64,000 bases of DNA, taken from the NCBI GenBank assembly GCA_030645735.1, contig JAUSNP010000006.1, forward strand, positions 4,095 through 68,094. The letters are read 5' to 3'. The translations under genes were made by a program, and so were the position numbers. Below the pieces are notes generated by a model. The model did not search any database. It worked only from the letters and a program-made list of their open reading frames with translations, and was not told where the DNA came from. Each line of letters begins with the position of its first letter. Within the stretch, counting starts at the first letter, position 1. The stretch comes from Candidatus Moraniibacteriota bacterium (lineage in GTDB: Bacteria > Patescibacteriota > Minisyncoccia > Moranbacterales > UBA2206). Shown here one piece after another: positions 9,753 through 19,164 of the stretch.

Positions 9753-9917
9753 TCAACTGATGCCAGGTGGGAATGGTTCTCTGTTGAGATCAGACGGACT
9801 AGTCGGGCCCCCATTGGCCTGCATGACCAAATCGAAAGCCAATTTTGAAGCTGCGGGATCAAGAGCGATACCTTCTTCTTCAACAGCGTCAGTGGGTGGT
9901 TGTTTCGTCTCAGTCAT
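9753..9917 (-). CDS. Small acidic hypothetical protein (54 aa)
   Basis: SD aggag before ATG 9917; reverse promoter TTGACA-17-CATAAT at 10000-9972. Confidence 0.55.
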   Translation of the reverse strand: MTETKQPPTDAVEEEGIALDPAASKLAFDLVMQANGGPTSPSDLNREPFPPGIS

Positions 9918-10144
9918 TGCAGGTCTCCTTGGGTAAAAGAAATGTAGCCACATTCGCCTTTGACTGAGGTTATTATGTGACACGAGAATAATTTTGTCAA
10001 AGGCAATTGATTTGCAAATTCCCCTCAAAATTGCTACGATAAAATACTTTACAAGTTAAAGTAGTTTTTGGTTTTTTGACAACAGAAGAGTGTCTCAAAA
10101 TTTTGAGATGAAATATAAATCCTAGGCATACAAAGGAGGCGGTC

Positions 10145-10591
10145 ATGTTCAAGAAAGTCGCAGTTATTTCGGTGGTGGTGCTCTTAGCTGCATCACATGT
10201 TTCCGGCATGCTTTGGGAAGTTGGCCAGATATTGGCTTCGATGTTGGAGGGGTTATCACCTTATGTTATCTCTCTGGTGATCGCCATTGCGGGTCTCAGT
10301 TGGGTTATTTTCCTCAGGACGCTAGAGGGCGTTGCAGGGAGTGCGCAGATGGAGTCTAATTCAGAAGGAGTAGAGTTGCAAAAAGGTTTATGTGGCCTTG
10401 TGGAAACCAATCAATGTATTGTGGGCTACAATGATCTTATCTCCCAGAAGGATATTATTGCAGAGGGAGACGAGTATCGTGAGAATGGCTCATGGTATAA
10501 AATTACCACGGGCAATCGCCTCATAGGGATGACTTACGGTGGTCTCATAAAAATGCGACGGCCAATAAGGGATTGCGGGGACTGTATGTAG
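10145..10591 (+). CDS. Hypothetical membrane protein
   Basis: SD aggagg; two hydrophobic segments; terminator hairpin at 10621-10650. Confidence 0.6.
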   Translation: MFKKVAVISVVVLLAASHVSGMLWEVGQILASMLEGLSPYVISLVIAIAGLSWVIFLRTLEGVAGSAQMESNSEGVELQKGLCGLVETNQCIVGYNDLISQKDIIAEGDEYRENGSWYKITTGNRLIGMTYGGLIKMRRPIRDCGDCM

Positions 10592-10763
10592 GCAATACAA
10601 TATCTCGCTTTGATTGTTCAAGCGGGCGGAACTCCATTGGAGGCCCGCTCGTTTTTATTTGACAAAAACCAATTTTGGGTGTATAAATAGTGGTCACCAA
10701 TTGGTGGGCAACTTAACAACTGAAACCCGATTTAGGGCAAAAACCAACAAGGAGAAAGCTACA

Positions 10764-11588
10764 ATGCTTCAAGAAGTGCGAGATCTTTTGAGAAAGGCTA
10801 AATACGGTGGAATACTGGTAAGATTTATCAGCGGTATTTTTAAACCAGATTCTGACTATCGATATAACAAAGTCAGGGCGGCAGTCAAGTATTTGAGTAC
10901 TTTTGAGGAGAAAGATGCCGAGTACTCAAGAGCTGTTGCCCTCATCTTGATTCGTCGTTCACGAGTTAAAGATCACGAGATCATTATTGCGGCGCTACTC
11001 CATCGAGTCATGAAGAATGCATCTACACAAGCCATCCAATCATTAGAAGATGAGTTCGGATATCGGACGGCTAGGCTAGTTAAGTGTTTTTCGACTGGCA
11101 AGCACAAAAATTTTCTGTGCGAGTTTCTCATGATCAAAATAGCAGGCTACGTGTATGAGCTGATGACAGCCAAAACACGAAATCCGCAATTAGTTAAGAA
11201 AGCTAGGAAACTCATTTTCCTTGCAGAAAAGCATCGTATCCTCATTCATGAGTTGGAGGCTGCCATTGATAGCTGTGGGAGGGGTATTCCTGTACATCCG
11301 CCCAAGAAGACAACTGTCTTGAGGGGCAAGGGTGTTGAGATGAGGGTTGACACCAGTAGGGCGATTTCTAAAATCAGAATTGTCGACGGTCAATCCTTAC
11401 TATTAACAAATGCTTTTAACGGTCAGCCAGTCAATGTTGCGATTGCACGTGATCATGAGATCGAGCGCATTGACAATCCGCAGGGTAGCGAAGAACCTTG
11501 GTTGGTAATCTCTGGAACTCAAATAGGCAATACGGAGAGCTCCTTTCGTAAAAAATGCCTAGAGCAAGGCATTGAGATGTTGGGGTGA
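10764..11588 (+). CDS. Degenerate HD/(p)ppGpp-hydrolase-like domain fused to an unknown C-terminal domain
   Basis: IIIAALLHRV (HD changed to HR), LEDEFGYRTARLV, IKIA; SD aaggag at ATG 10764. Confidence 0.55.
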   Translation: MLQEVRDLLRKAKYGGILVRFISGIFKPDSDYRYNKVRAAVKYLSTFEEKDAEYSRAVALILIRRSRVKDHEIIIAALLHRVMKNASTQAIQSLEDEFGYRTARLVKCFSTGKHKNFLCEFLMIKIAGYVYELMTAKTRNPQLVKKARKLIFLAEKHRILIHELEAAIDSCGRGIPVHPPKKTTVLRGKGVEMRVDTSRAISKIRIVDGQSLLLTNAFNGQPVNVAIARDHEIERIDNPQGSEEPWLVISGTQIGNTESSFRKKCLEQGIEMLG

Positions 11589-11604
11589 AGCTACCTCAAT
11601 ATCA

Positions 11605-11645
11605 AAAAAGGCCGGGACGCAGAAAATGCGCGTTCCGGCCTTTTG
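11605..11645. terminator. Bidirectional terminator-like hairpin
   Basis: aaaaaggccggg...ttccggccttttt. Confidence 0.75.
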
Positions 11646-11753
11646 TTTTTGTTTGACAAATGCGCCAAATTTGAATATCATGTTATCTGGTAATGGATAG
11701 TTTTTTCAAAAAAAATGCCCAAAATGGGCTAAAATTTAGGGGAGGAACTGAGT

Positions 11754-12443
11754 ATGAGTTTGAATGAACTGGTGGTTCCGCATGGTACTTTTCAGTTAAG
11801 TGATTCAGAAAAAGACTTCCTAGCAAGGGAGTCTCAGTGTAAGTTTCAAAAACACCCAATCATTGATGGGGTGCAAGTTCGTCAGCTTAACCCGAAGTTG
11901 AGCCCACGAGGGATTCAAAGGGTGTTGAGTGACGTAGGTGGCGTTCCAAGACAATTTTTTATTGTGAAAGCTGTCAGAGGAATCCCATTTCATCCGCACA
12001 CTGAAGAAGCTGAACTTTGTTTCGGCGGAAGTGGTGGCGTGGCTGTTTTTGTTAACGACCAAAAAGAAGAGATTGGTAGGTTTGAATTGCAGCCAGATTT
12101 CTATTCGATTGTCAAAAGTGGCAATTGGCATGGAACTGCGGCCAGTCAAGAAGTTGTTTTTTGCGGGATTAAATTCATTGAGAATCTCTGGTGCATTTGC
12201 CAAATTGAGAGAGCGCCTGCATTTTTTGGCAAAATCGAAGAGTTTGTGGGTCCCCTTGTTCGTATTCGGGTTGGAAGTAAAAAGAATGACTTAGCTCTTT
12301 GTAGTTGGAGTCAAGTCAGACGCTTTGTTACTGCTGAGGATATGTTGGAAAAATTTTCCAGACTTCCCGGCAACAACTTCAGGCAAACCGAGAAATATTT
12401 TTTGGAGCGGTTCCCATTGGAAAATGAGAGTCTTTCAAAATGA
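11754..12443 (+). CDS. Cupin-domain hypothetical protein
   Basis: PFHPHTEEAELC...IVKSGNWHG cupin motifs; SD ggagg. Confidence 0.65.
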   Translation: MSLNELVVPHGTFQLSDSEKDFLARESQCKFQKHPIIDGVQVRQLNPKLSPRGIQRVLSDVGGVPRQFFIVKAVRGIPFHPHTEEAELCFGGSGGVAVFVNDQKEEIGRFELQPDFYSIVKSGNWHGTAASQEVVFCGIKFIENLWCICQIERAPAFFGKIEEFVGPLVRIRVGSKKNDLALCSWSQVRRFVTAEDMLEKFSRLPGNNFRQTEKYFLERFPLENESLSK

Positions 12444-12460
12444 AAATTCAGCGCAAGGAG

Positions 12461-12503
12461 AATAGGCCGGAACACAAACTGTGTGCCGGCCTATTATTTT
12501 TTT
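12461..12503. terminator. Terminator hairpin
   Basis: aataggccgg-aacacaaactgtgtg-ccggcctatt followed by a T run. Confidence 0.75.
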
Positions 12504-12688
12504 ATATTCAAAAAGTTTTTTTATTCCAGCGTCATTTGGTAGGCGGTGTCAGTGTTTTTTGCAAGCCTCTAATACCTTTTTGTTTGAATGGTTTTTTTAA
12601 TGTATAATAACTTTGTTAATATTTTTTTAATCCAGCGAGAATATCCCTGTCTGTAAGGGTATGGGAATCTATAAATATTTTATAATTT

Positions 12689-13306
12689 ATGAAAATTACA
12701 TCTTCAAGTAAGCAAGAAATAATTTCTTTGCCCGTACCAATTTATTCATCAATAAAAATAGCCGATGCCATTGATAAGGACGGAATAGAATATGCAATGT
12801 TTGTTGGGATTGATGAGAAATATGTGCAGCAACTAAAAGAGTTATCTTTGGACAAAAGTGACACTGCAATCCAAAACAATACGGGCGACAGAAGGCGCTT
12901 TGGCGAGGGCTCATATGAAGAATGGTATAAAAAAAATCGCACACCATTTGTGCTAATTGACAAACAGAAGGATGTGTTAGCAGCAATTATTTGGTTTGGG
13001 CCAAAATCTTTGGGAAAAAAATCATTAAAATTCGGTGAGGAATCAAAAGATGTGATTCAAAATGAGTGGCATACAGTTGTTTGGCGTTGCTATCCAATGT
13101 ATAGGGGTAGAGGTCTTATGAAAGCATTTTCTCAGTATGTTATGGGTGTGTATAAGGAACAGTTTTTAGAAAATATAAAATTTTGGGCCGGAATGGACAA
13201 TAGAAATGATGCAATGGTCAGTTTAAGTTTAAAGCTTGGCTTTAAAGCAGATATGGAAAATTCTGACTTGAAATCAAATTGGTTAGTTGTGGTAAAAGAT
13301 GCATAG
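12689..13306 (+). CDS. GNAT-family acetyltransferase-like protein
   Basis: YRGRGLMK acetyl-CoA loop; NDAMVSLSLKLGF. Confidence 0.75.
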   Translation: MKITSSSKQEIISLPVPIYSSIKIADAIDKDGIEYAMFVGIDEKYVQQLKELSLDKSDTAIQNNTGDRRRFGEGSYEEWYKKNRTPFVLIDKQKDVLAAIIWFGPKSLGKKSLKFGEESKDVIQNEWHTVVWRCYPMYRGRGLMKAFSQYVMGVYKEQFLENIKFWAGMDNRNDAMVSLSLKLGFKADMENSDLKSNWLVVVKDA

Positions 13307-13397
13307 TCTAAGTTATTATAGAGAATAAGACATTTGATTTGATATAAATTGATAATAATTCCTTAATATACTTTTCATATTTATTTTTAAAATAAAT

Positions 13398-14483
13398 ATG
13401 AAAAGTTGGCGTCGGATGAAAATAAAAATTTTGAAGTATACCTTGATTGCGCTGTCGTTGATTGTGGCATTGTTGGCGTGGCAATCAGTTGATCGGGCGA
13501 TCAATGTGGTTGGGTCTAGCGTATGGGGCATGCCAATTCTTTTTTTCTCTTCGCTTTTTGTATTATTATATCTGAGCATTGTGCTCATTCGTCGAATGAT
13601 TATTTTGCAGTCGATGTTGCTGGCAATTTTTGCGACGAGCCTTCCGTTTGCTTTTAGCTTGGGTCACTCGATTGTGATGATTTTGGCTTTTTTGTTTTCA
13701 CTCTGGTCGGTTGCAAAAATCAAGAGAGATTTGCATTTGAACGTGAAAGTGAGTCTGTGGAAATCAATCCGCACTGGCAGTGCTTTGATGTTGCTGGCAT
13801 TTTCTTTGATGATTACCAGTCAATATTATACTGAAATAAAAAACATGAGCTCGGCCAGAATCATGCCACAATTCAATGTGGGTGAAATGACGGGTGGGCT
13901 CACTTCAAAACTGTTGTCCGCTATGAACCCAGATTTCAAAAATTTGGATCAAGAGGGCTTGACGATTGATCAGTTTATTTTGCAAATTCAAAAAAATCAA
14001 GACGCGGATTCGACTAATGATATAAATAGCCAAATCGATCAAATGATTGAAGATTCCAATCCAAATTTAACTTTGGCTCAGAAGAAAGCTTTGCGTGAGG
14101 ATGCGTTGAAAAAAATGAATGGCGCCAGCGCTGGCATAAAAAATGGACAAGACCAATTGATCATTCAAGAAGGTAGAAAGAAGTTTTCAGAAATTGCGGG
14201 CGTGCAATTGACTGGCAATGAAAAAGTTTCGGATGTGCTTTCAGATATTGTGAATCGCCGAATCAATCAATACCTCGGCTCAGGTTTGGCTGGTTCACAA
14301 CAATCTTCACCTTTGCCGTTTATTATGGCTATTGGTCTTTTTCTGACAATTGTGCCACTCGGGTCACTGCTTAGCACGCTCTGGTTGATTGTGATCGAGG
14401 GTATTATCTGGATTTTTATCAAAACCGAATTGATAACTATCGCCAAAGTTTCAGTGGAAATGGAGATTATTGAGCAGGAATAA
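13398..14483 (+). CDS. Multi-pass membrane protein with a large soluble loop
   Basis: About 5 N-terminal TM segments and a C-terminal TM hairpin; host-like codon style. Confidence 0.8.
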   Translation: MKSWRRMKIKILKYTLIALSLIVALLAWQSVDRAINVVGSSVWGMPILFFSSLFVLLYLSIVLIRRMIILQSMLLAIFATSLPFAFSLGHSIVMILAFLFSLWSVAKIKRDLHLNVKVSLWKSIRTGSALMLLAFSLMITSQYYTEIKNMSSARIMPQFNVGEMTGGLTSKLLSAMNPDFKNLDQEGLTIDQFILQIQKNQDADSTNDINSQIDQMIEDSNPNLTLAQKKALREDALKKMNGASAGIKNGQDQLIIQEGRKKFSEIAGVQLTGNEKVSDVLSDIVNRRINQYLGSGLAGSQQSSPLPFIMAIGLFLTIVPLGSLLSTLWLIVIEGIIWIFIKTELITIAKVSVEMEIIEQE

Positions 14484-14500
14484 CCACTAATTGTGGTAAA

Positions 14501-14527
14501 TTAGCACTCACACTCTGGGATTGCTAA
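14501..14527 (+). promoter_or_regulatory. CIRCE operator (HrcA site) overlapping the dnaJ -35
   Basis: TTAGCACTC-N9-GATTGCTAA (1 mismatch to consensus); -35 TTGCTA at 14521, 17-nt spacer, -10 TATAAT at 14544. Confidence 0.92.
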
Positions 14528-14578
14528 TTTTTTAATTTGGGTGTATAATGGGTATAATACAAATCTACGAATACCTGC

Positions 14579-14636
14579 ATGCAAATCTACAAATATGCAA
14601 ATATAAGCTCAGATTCGCGTATTTGTAGATTTGCAT
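14579..14636. repeat. Inverted repeat in the dnaJ leader
   Basis: atgcaaatctacaaata / tatttgtagatttgcat (17-bp perfect arms). Confidence 0.8.
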
Positions 14637-14674
14637 AAAATTCGCATCATTCGTATTATATAATATTAAAATTT

Positions 14675-15793
14675 ATGGCAGCAAATTATTATGATCTTCT
14701 GGGGGTTTCCAAAGGCGCCTCAGATGATGAAATCAAGAAAGCCTATCGCAAAATGGCTCACAAATATCATCCGGACAAGTCTGGCGGTGATGAGGCAAAA
14801 TTCAAGGAAATAAACCAGGCCTATCAGGTACTTTCGGACAAATCCAAGCGTCAGCAATATGACCAGTTCGGACAGACTTTTGAGGGTGGCAGTGGACAGC
14901 AGGGTGGATATGGCGGACAGGGCGGAGCGCAAGGCTTTGGCGGTTTTGATTTTTCTGGCTTTGATTTTGGTGGACAAAATGGAGGATTTGAATTTGGCAA
15001 TGAAGGCTATGAAGATATTTTCGCCAACATTTTTGGCGGTTCATCACGAGGTGGCCGACGACGCGCGCAAGGCGCTGACATCCAAGTGGACATGGAAATC
15101 ACTTTTGCGGAAATGGTTTCTGGCGTGGAAAAAGAAGTGCGATTGTATAAAAAAGTTGTCTGTGATCATTGCGATGGCGAAGGAGCTGAACCGGGGTCGG
15201 GCATGAAAACTTGTCCAACTTGCAAAGGCCAAGGCCGCGTGCAAACATTGCGCAAAAGTTTGTTTGGCAGTTTCTCACAAGTGACGGAATGTCCGGAGTG
15301 TCATGGCAATGGAAAAATTTTTGAAAAGAAATGCTCCAAGTGCGGTGGAGATGGACGTGTCAAAGAAGAGGAAGTGATCAAGATAAAAGTTCCAGCTGGT
15401 ATCGCTGATGGTCAAGCAATTTCCATGAGTGGCTTTGGCGAAGCTGGTGAACGAGGATCACGCGCTGGAGATTTGTTGGTGCAAATTCATATTTTGGCGC
15501 ACAAGAAATTCAAGCGCAAAGGCAACGACATTTTGAGCACAGAATTTGTGCCGTTTTCTATTGCAACCCTGGGAGGAAAAATTGAAATCGAAACTATTTC
15601 TGGCAGTTTGATTTTGAAAATTCCAGCCGGCACACCATCGGGTGAAGTTTTCCGCATTCGCGAAGAAGGCGTGCCAGATCTCAATGGTCGTGGCACAGGC
15701 AATCACTTGGTGACCGTGGTGGTCAAAGTGCCTAAAAGTCTTAGTCGTGAGCAGAAAAAATTGTTGGAGCAATTGGGGGATCAGGGGATTTAA
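14675..15793 (+). CDS. dnaJ: Chaperone DnaJ
   Basis: J domain HPD, G/F-rich region, four CxxCxGxG repeats. Confidence 0.99.
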   Translation: MAANYYDLLGVSKGASDDEIKKAYRKMAHKYHPDKSGGDEAKFKEINQAYQVLSDKSKRQQYDQFGQTFEGGSGQQGGYGGQGGAQGFGGFDFSGFDFGGQNGGFEFGNEGYEDIFANIFGGSSRGGRRRAQGADIQVDMEITFAEMVSGVEKEVRLYKKVVCDHCDGEGAEPGSGMKTCPTCKGQGRVQTLRKSLFGSFSQVTECPECHGNGKIFEKKCSKCGGDGRVKEEEVIKIKVPAGIADGQAISMSGFGEAGERGSRAGDLLVQIHILAHKKFKRKGNDILSTEFVPFSIATLGGKIEIETISGSLILKIPAGTPSGEVFRIREEGVPDLNGRGTGNHLVTVVVKVPKSLSREQKKLLEQLGDQGI

Positions 15794-15860
15794 AAAATAT
15801 TCAATTTTTTTAGTGATTGTTGGTATAATAAAATTATAACTATGAAATCACAATAAATAT

Positions 15861-16508
15861 ATGGATAACAAATATGACGCAATTATCGTTTTAGGCGGAG
15901 GGCGCACTAATGATGGAGAACTTACGACACTTTCAAAACAAAGACTTGATGCCGGATGCAAACTCTATCATGAAGGAGCGGCGCCAAAAATATTTGCACT
16001 AGGCGGAGCTTTTAGCACTTATAGTCCAGATGCCATACAATTTACACAAACTGGAGCTGAACAGAAAAGCGCTTACATGATAGAAAGAGGTGTAGATTCC
16101 GAAGATATTATAAAAGTTGTGGGTGGGCGTGACACAATCGGCGAAGCTTTTGTATCAAGAGACACAGCCAAAGAATTAAATTTCAAAAAATTGTTGTTGG
16201 TTACTTCTGATAAGCACATGGAAAGAGCTATGTTTATTTTTAATAGAATTTTTGGATCAGCGTATGTAATTGAAAGTGAAGAAGTGCCTTGCGGAGAAAT
16301 ACTCAACGCTGAGGAAGAAAAAGAATATTTACAAGTCACCAAAGAACTATTCGACACTTTGCCAGAGGAAATTCCGACACCTGAAAGTTGGGATGTTTGG
16401 AAAGAAACCAATCATCAGCTATATGATGAAATCAAAAGAATTCATGCTAATTATGTGGGGAGCGGGCCTGAAACAAATGAGGCTTATATGGGAGTAAAAG
16501 CAAAATAG
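15861..16508 (+). CDS. YdcF/DUF218 family protein
   Basis: DAIIVLGGG, RLDAG, RDTIGEA, LLVTSDKHMERA. Confidence 0.88.
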   Translation: MDNKYDAIIVLGGGRTNDGELTTLSKQRLDAGCKLYHEGAAPKIFALGGAFSTYSPDAIQFTQTGAEQKSAYMIERGVDSEDIIKVVGGRDTIGEAFVSRDTAKELNFKKLLLVTSDKHMERAMFIFNRIFGSAYVIESEEVPCGEILNAEEEKEYLQVTKELFDTLPEEIPTPESWDVWKETNHQLYDEIKRIHANYVGSGPETNEAYMGVKAK

Positions 16509-16612
16509 CTTATGCATCACTTATTAAAAGCGTTTAGGGCAAAACCTAGGCGCTTTTGTTTTTTGCTAAAGGGGGTTATAATTTAAGCATAAATAAAAAA
16601 TAGAATTTCAAA

Positions 16613-17113
16613 ATGGATCTTGGATCTTTATTGGGTAAACTTGGTGTTTCACAGGCGCTGACGCAAGACATTTCACTCTTGATGGTCATTGCGCTTTTGA
16701 GTTTTGTATTTGGAATGTTTATCGGTCGCTACAAACTCATCACGATTCTCATCAACATTTATGTGGCTTTTGCTATCACGATGGTAGTGCCGGAAAGATT
16801 TTTCACGGATTATCTGTACAAGCTGATTTTCTTTTTAGCTGGTGTGATTATCTTGACTTTGATTAGCAAGCGCCTGTTTGAAATCTATATTTCCGGTTCC
16901 GGTTCTGGCTTTCTGTGGCGAGTTTTCGTGATGAGTTTTCTGGAGATTGTTTTTCTGATCAGCATCATTGTTTCAATTGTGCCCAAGAAAATGGTGTTGA
17001 CCTACATTTCACCAACTGCTTTTGAATATCTAGCCTCAGACAACGCCCGCTTGGCTTGGATGATTATCCCCTTGGCCTTCATGTTTTTTATCCACAAGCG
17101 ACTCAATCGATAG
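16613..17113 (+). CDS. Hypothetical membrane protein (CvpA-like topology)
   Basis: Highly hydrophobic, 4-5 TM segments. Confidence 0.75.
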   Translation: MDLGSLLGKLGVSQALTQDISLLMVIALLSFVFGMFIGRYKLITILINIYVAFAITMVVPERFFTDYLYKLIFFLAGVIILTLISKRLFEIYISGSGSGFLWRVFVMSFLEIVFLISIIVSIVPKKMVLTYISPTAFEYLASDNARLAWMIIPLAFMFFIHKRLNR

Positions 17114-17308
17114 AAACATTGACGGTTTTTGATATGATGCTATAATAGCGAAAGGTTATTTAAATGATAATCTTGGTTATTTTTTGGCAAAAATTGCTGG
17201 ATAAGAATTAAAAAGTTTCAAAGGTAGGGAATTTATAAGGAGTCTCATTACAAACTAAATAATTGTCCATAGTTGAGTCGGTAGATCCGCCAGCTGGCGG
17301 ACTTTTAA

Positions 17309-18841
17309 TCAAACGGTCAGTAGGTTAAAAATAAAATATAATATGCGCCCATAGCTCAGTCGGTAGAGCAGTTGCCTTTTAAGCAAACGGTCCCAAGTTC
17401 GAGTCTTGGTGGGCGCACCTTGATCACTTTTTCTGAATTCTGACAGTTCTTTGAACGGAGATTTCAGCTCTATTACCACGTTTTTCCCATTTATTTTGCA
17501 GTTCGAGCTTATCTTTTTGATGAATTCTCTCTTTTCATCATTAGTTCCCTTTATGTAGCTTAAATAAAGGGATTTTAGGAGTTCGAGTTTTTCGGTAAGT
17601 CTGCGACCGATTGAGTCTTCCTGACCGTTATTGTTAGTCATTTCCTCCTCGATTGATTTCATTTCTCGAAGAATAGATTCCTTCCGATCTTGATATGCTT
17701 CTTTTTCTATGACTTTATCGACGTAAGCATCGGTAAGTCGATCCAAACGAGATTTACATCTTTCTTGGCGAAATTGAATTTCTTGCTGATTCTTCTCCTG
17801 TGTTGTTTCGCGTGATTTTTTCATGCTGGTGACCAGCAAAGAAACCTGCTCAATTTCATCCGGACCCAATTGGAGCGGTCGGAGCAATCCGCGCACTTCC
17901 TGCTCGAAAACTTCTTCCCGGACGCAACTACCCTTGCAAAAGTGACAGCGATAATAGTTGTTTCCTTTTTGCTTTTCTCCGATATACGACCGATTACAAG
18001 ATTGACAGACAAACATCCGCCGAAACAGAAAATCATACCGCCCTGATCCTTTCTTTTTCTTACCACTAAGGATATCCTGGACACTGTCAAACAGGGACTT
18101 GCTGATTAGTGGCTCATGAATGCCGGTAAATATTTCCCCAGTCTTGTTGATTTTAATTATTCCGAAGTAAAACGGACTATGCAGAATCGTCGCAATTCCA
18201 CAACGGGTTAACGCCCCGCCATCCCTGTTCACACACCCCTTTTCAGACATATATGAAGCCAATTTGTCTAACGAATAATCGCCAGTAGCATAAAGTCTGA
18301 ATAATTCTCTGACCAGCGGAGCCTTGGCTGGATCAGGTATCTTGGGTTGGCCTGAGCCCTGATCAAGATATCCGATTGGCGCTCTCATAGGGTAAAGTCC
18401 TTGCTTGAGCCGTCCGTAAAATCCTTTTTTGGTCTCTTCCCTTAGATTGCGGATATAATCGGCGGCTATGACCGCTTGAATATCCGCAGAAAGCCTTCCT
18501 CCTCGCGCATGAAGATCCATATTGTCATGAGCGAAGCGTACATCGGTCCCAGCGTCCAATAATTCGCCCAGGGCAGCCCAATCCTTCAAATTCCGAGCAC
18601 TTCTATCTATCTTGTGAATTATTACTCCTGAGGCCTTTTTGAGGCGCAAATTTCTTAGCATTCGTGAAAAAACCGGACGACCATACTTGGCCGCCGTTTC
18701 ACGCTCTTCAAACCACTCGATTATTTGCAGCTGATTATTTCTGGCATACTGTTCAATGGCAGATTTTTGTTCCTGCAAAGACACGCCTTGCGTTCCCTGG
18801 CGGATAGTTGACACGCGGATATAGCCGTAAACTTGCTGCAT
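17309..18841 (-). CDS. Large serine recombinase (integrase); the last ~36 codons read antisense through tRNA-Lys
   Basis: YIRVST catalytic Ser, KIDRSARN, recombinase domain, Zn ribbon CQSC/CHFC, coiled coil. Confidence 0.95.
   Translation of the reverse strand: MQQVYGYIRVSTIRQGTQGVSLQEQKSAIEQYARNNQLQIIEWFEERETAAKYGRPVFSRMLRNLRLKKASGVIIHKIDRSARNLKDWAALGELLDAGTDVRFAHDNMDLHARGGRLSADIQAVIAADYIRNLREETKKGFYGRLKQGLYPMRAPIGYLDQGSGQPKIPDPAKAPLVRELFRLYATGDYSLDKLASYMSEKGCVNRDGGALTRCGIATILHSPFYFGIIKINKTGEIFTGIHEPLISKSLFDSVQDILSGKKKKGSGRYDFLFRRMFVCQSCNRSYIGEKQKGNNYYRCHFCKGSCVREEVFEQEVRGLLRPLQLGPDEIEQVSLLVTSMKKSRETTQEKNQQEIQFRQERCKSRLDRLTDAYVDKVIEKEAYQDRKESILREMKSIEEEMTNNNGQEDSIGRRLTEKLELLKSLYLSYIKGTNDEKREFIKKISSNCKINGKNVVIELKSPFKELSEFRKSDQGAPTKTRTWDRLLKRQLLYRLSYGRILYFIFNLLTV
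17345..17417 (+). tRNA. tRNA-Lys (anticodon TTT); CCA not encoded
   Basis: GCGCCCA/TGGGCGC acceptor stem, D arm AGCTCAGTCGGTAGAGC, anticodon loop CTTTTAA, T arm CCAAG-TTCGAGT-CTTGG. Confidence 0.97.
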
Positions 18842-18892
18842 ATATTTAGGTCAATATCTAATTACCACCCTTCCCTACAGTTTAGAAACTGA

Positions 18893-19078
18893 TCATTCAT
18901 CTGTCAAACCACCTTTTCTATACATCTTTTCATCTTTTTCATAAATATCAAAACACAGTCGGATATATTCTCTAAATAATTCTTCGGCTTCATTCAGTTC
19001 TTCATCATTAAGATGTGGACACCGTTCACGAATAAACGGAATCTCTTTAGTAAAATCAATTTTGTCATATTTGCCCAT
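18893..19078 (-). CDS. Small hypothetical protein upstream of the integrase (possible directionality factor)
   Basis: 61-aa acidic ORF co-oriented with the integrase; role inferred from position only. Confidence 0.5.
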   Translation of the reverse strand: MGKYDKIDFTKEIPFIRERCPHLNDEELNEAEELFREYIRLCFDIYEKDEKMYRKGGLTDE

Positions 19079-19164
19079 ATAACAAATTTACATATAAACA
19101 GAAAAACGCAATAGGCTACGCAAATCAGACAACAAGCACATATCACTATCTATAACCAAAGTCG

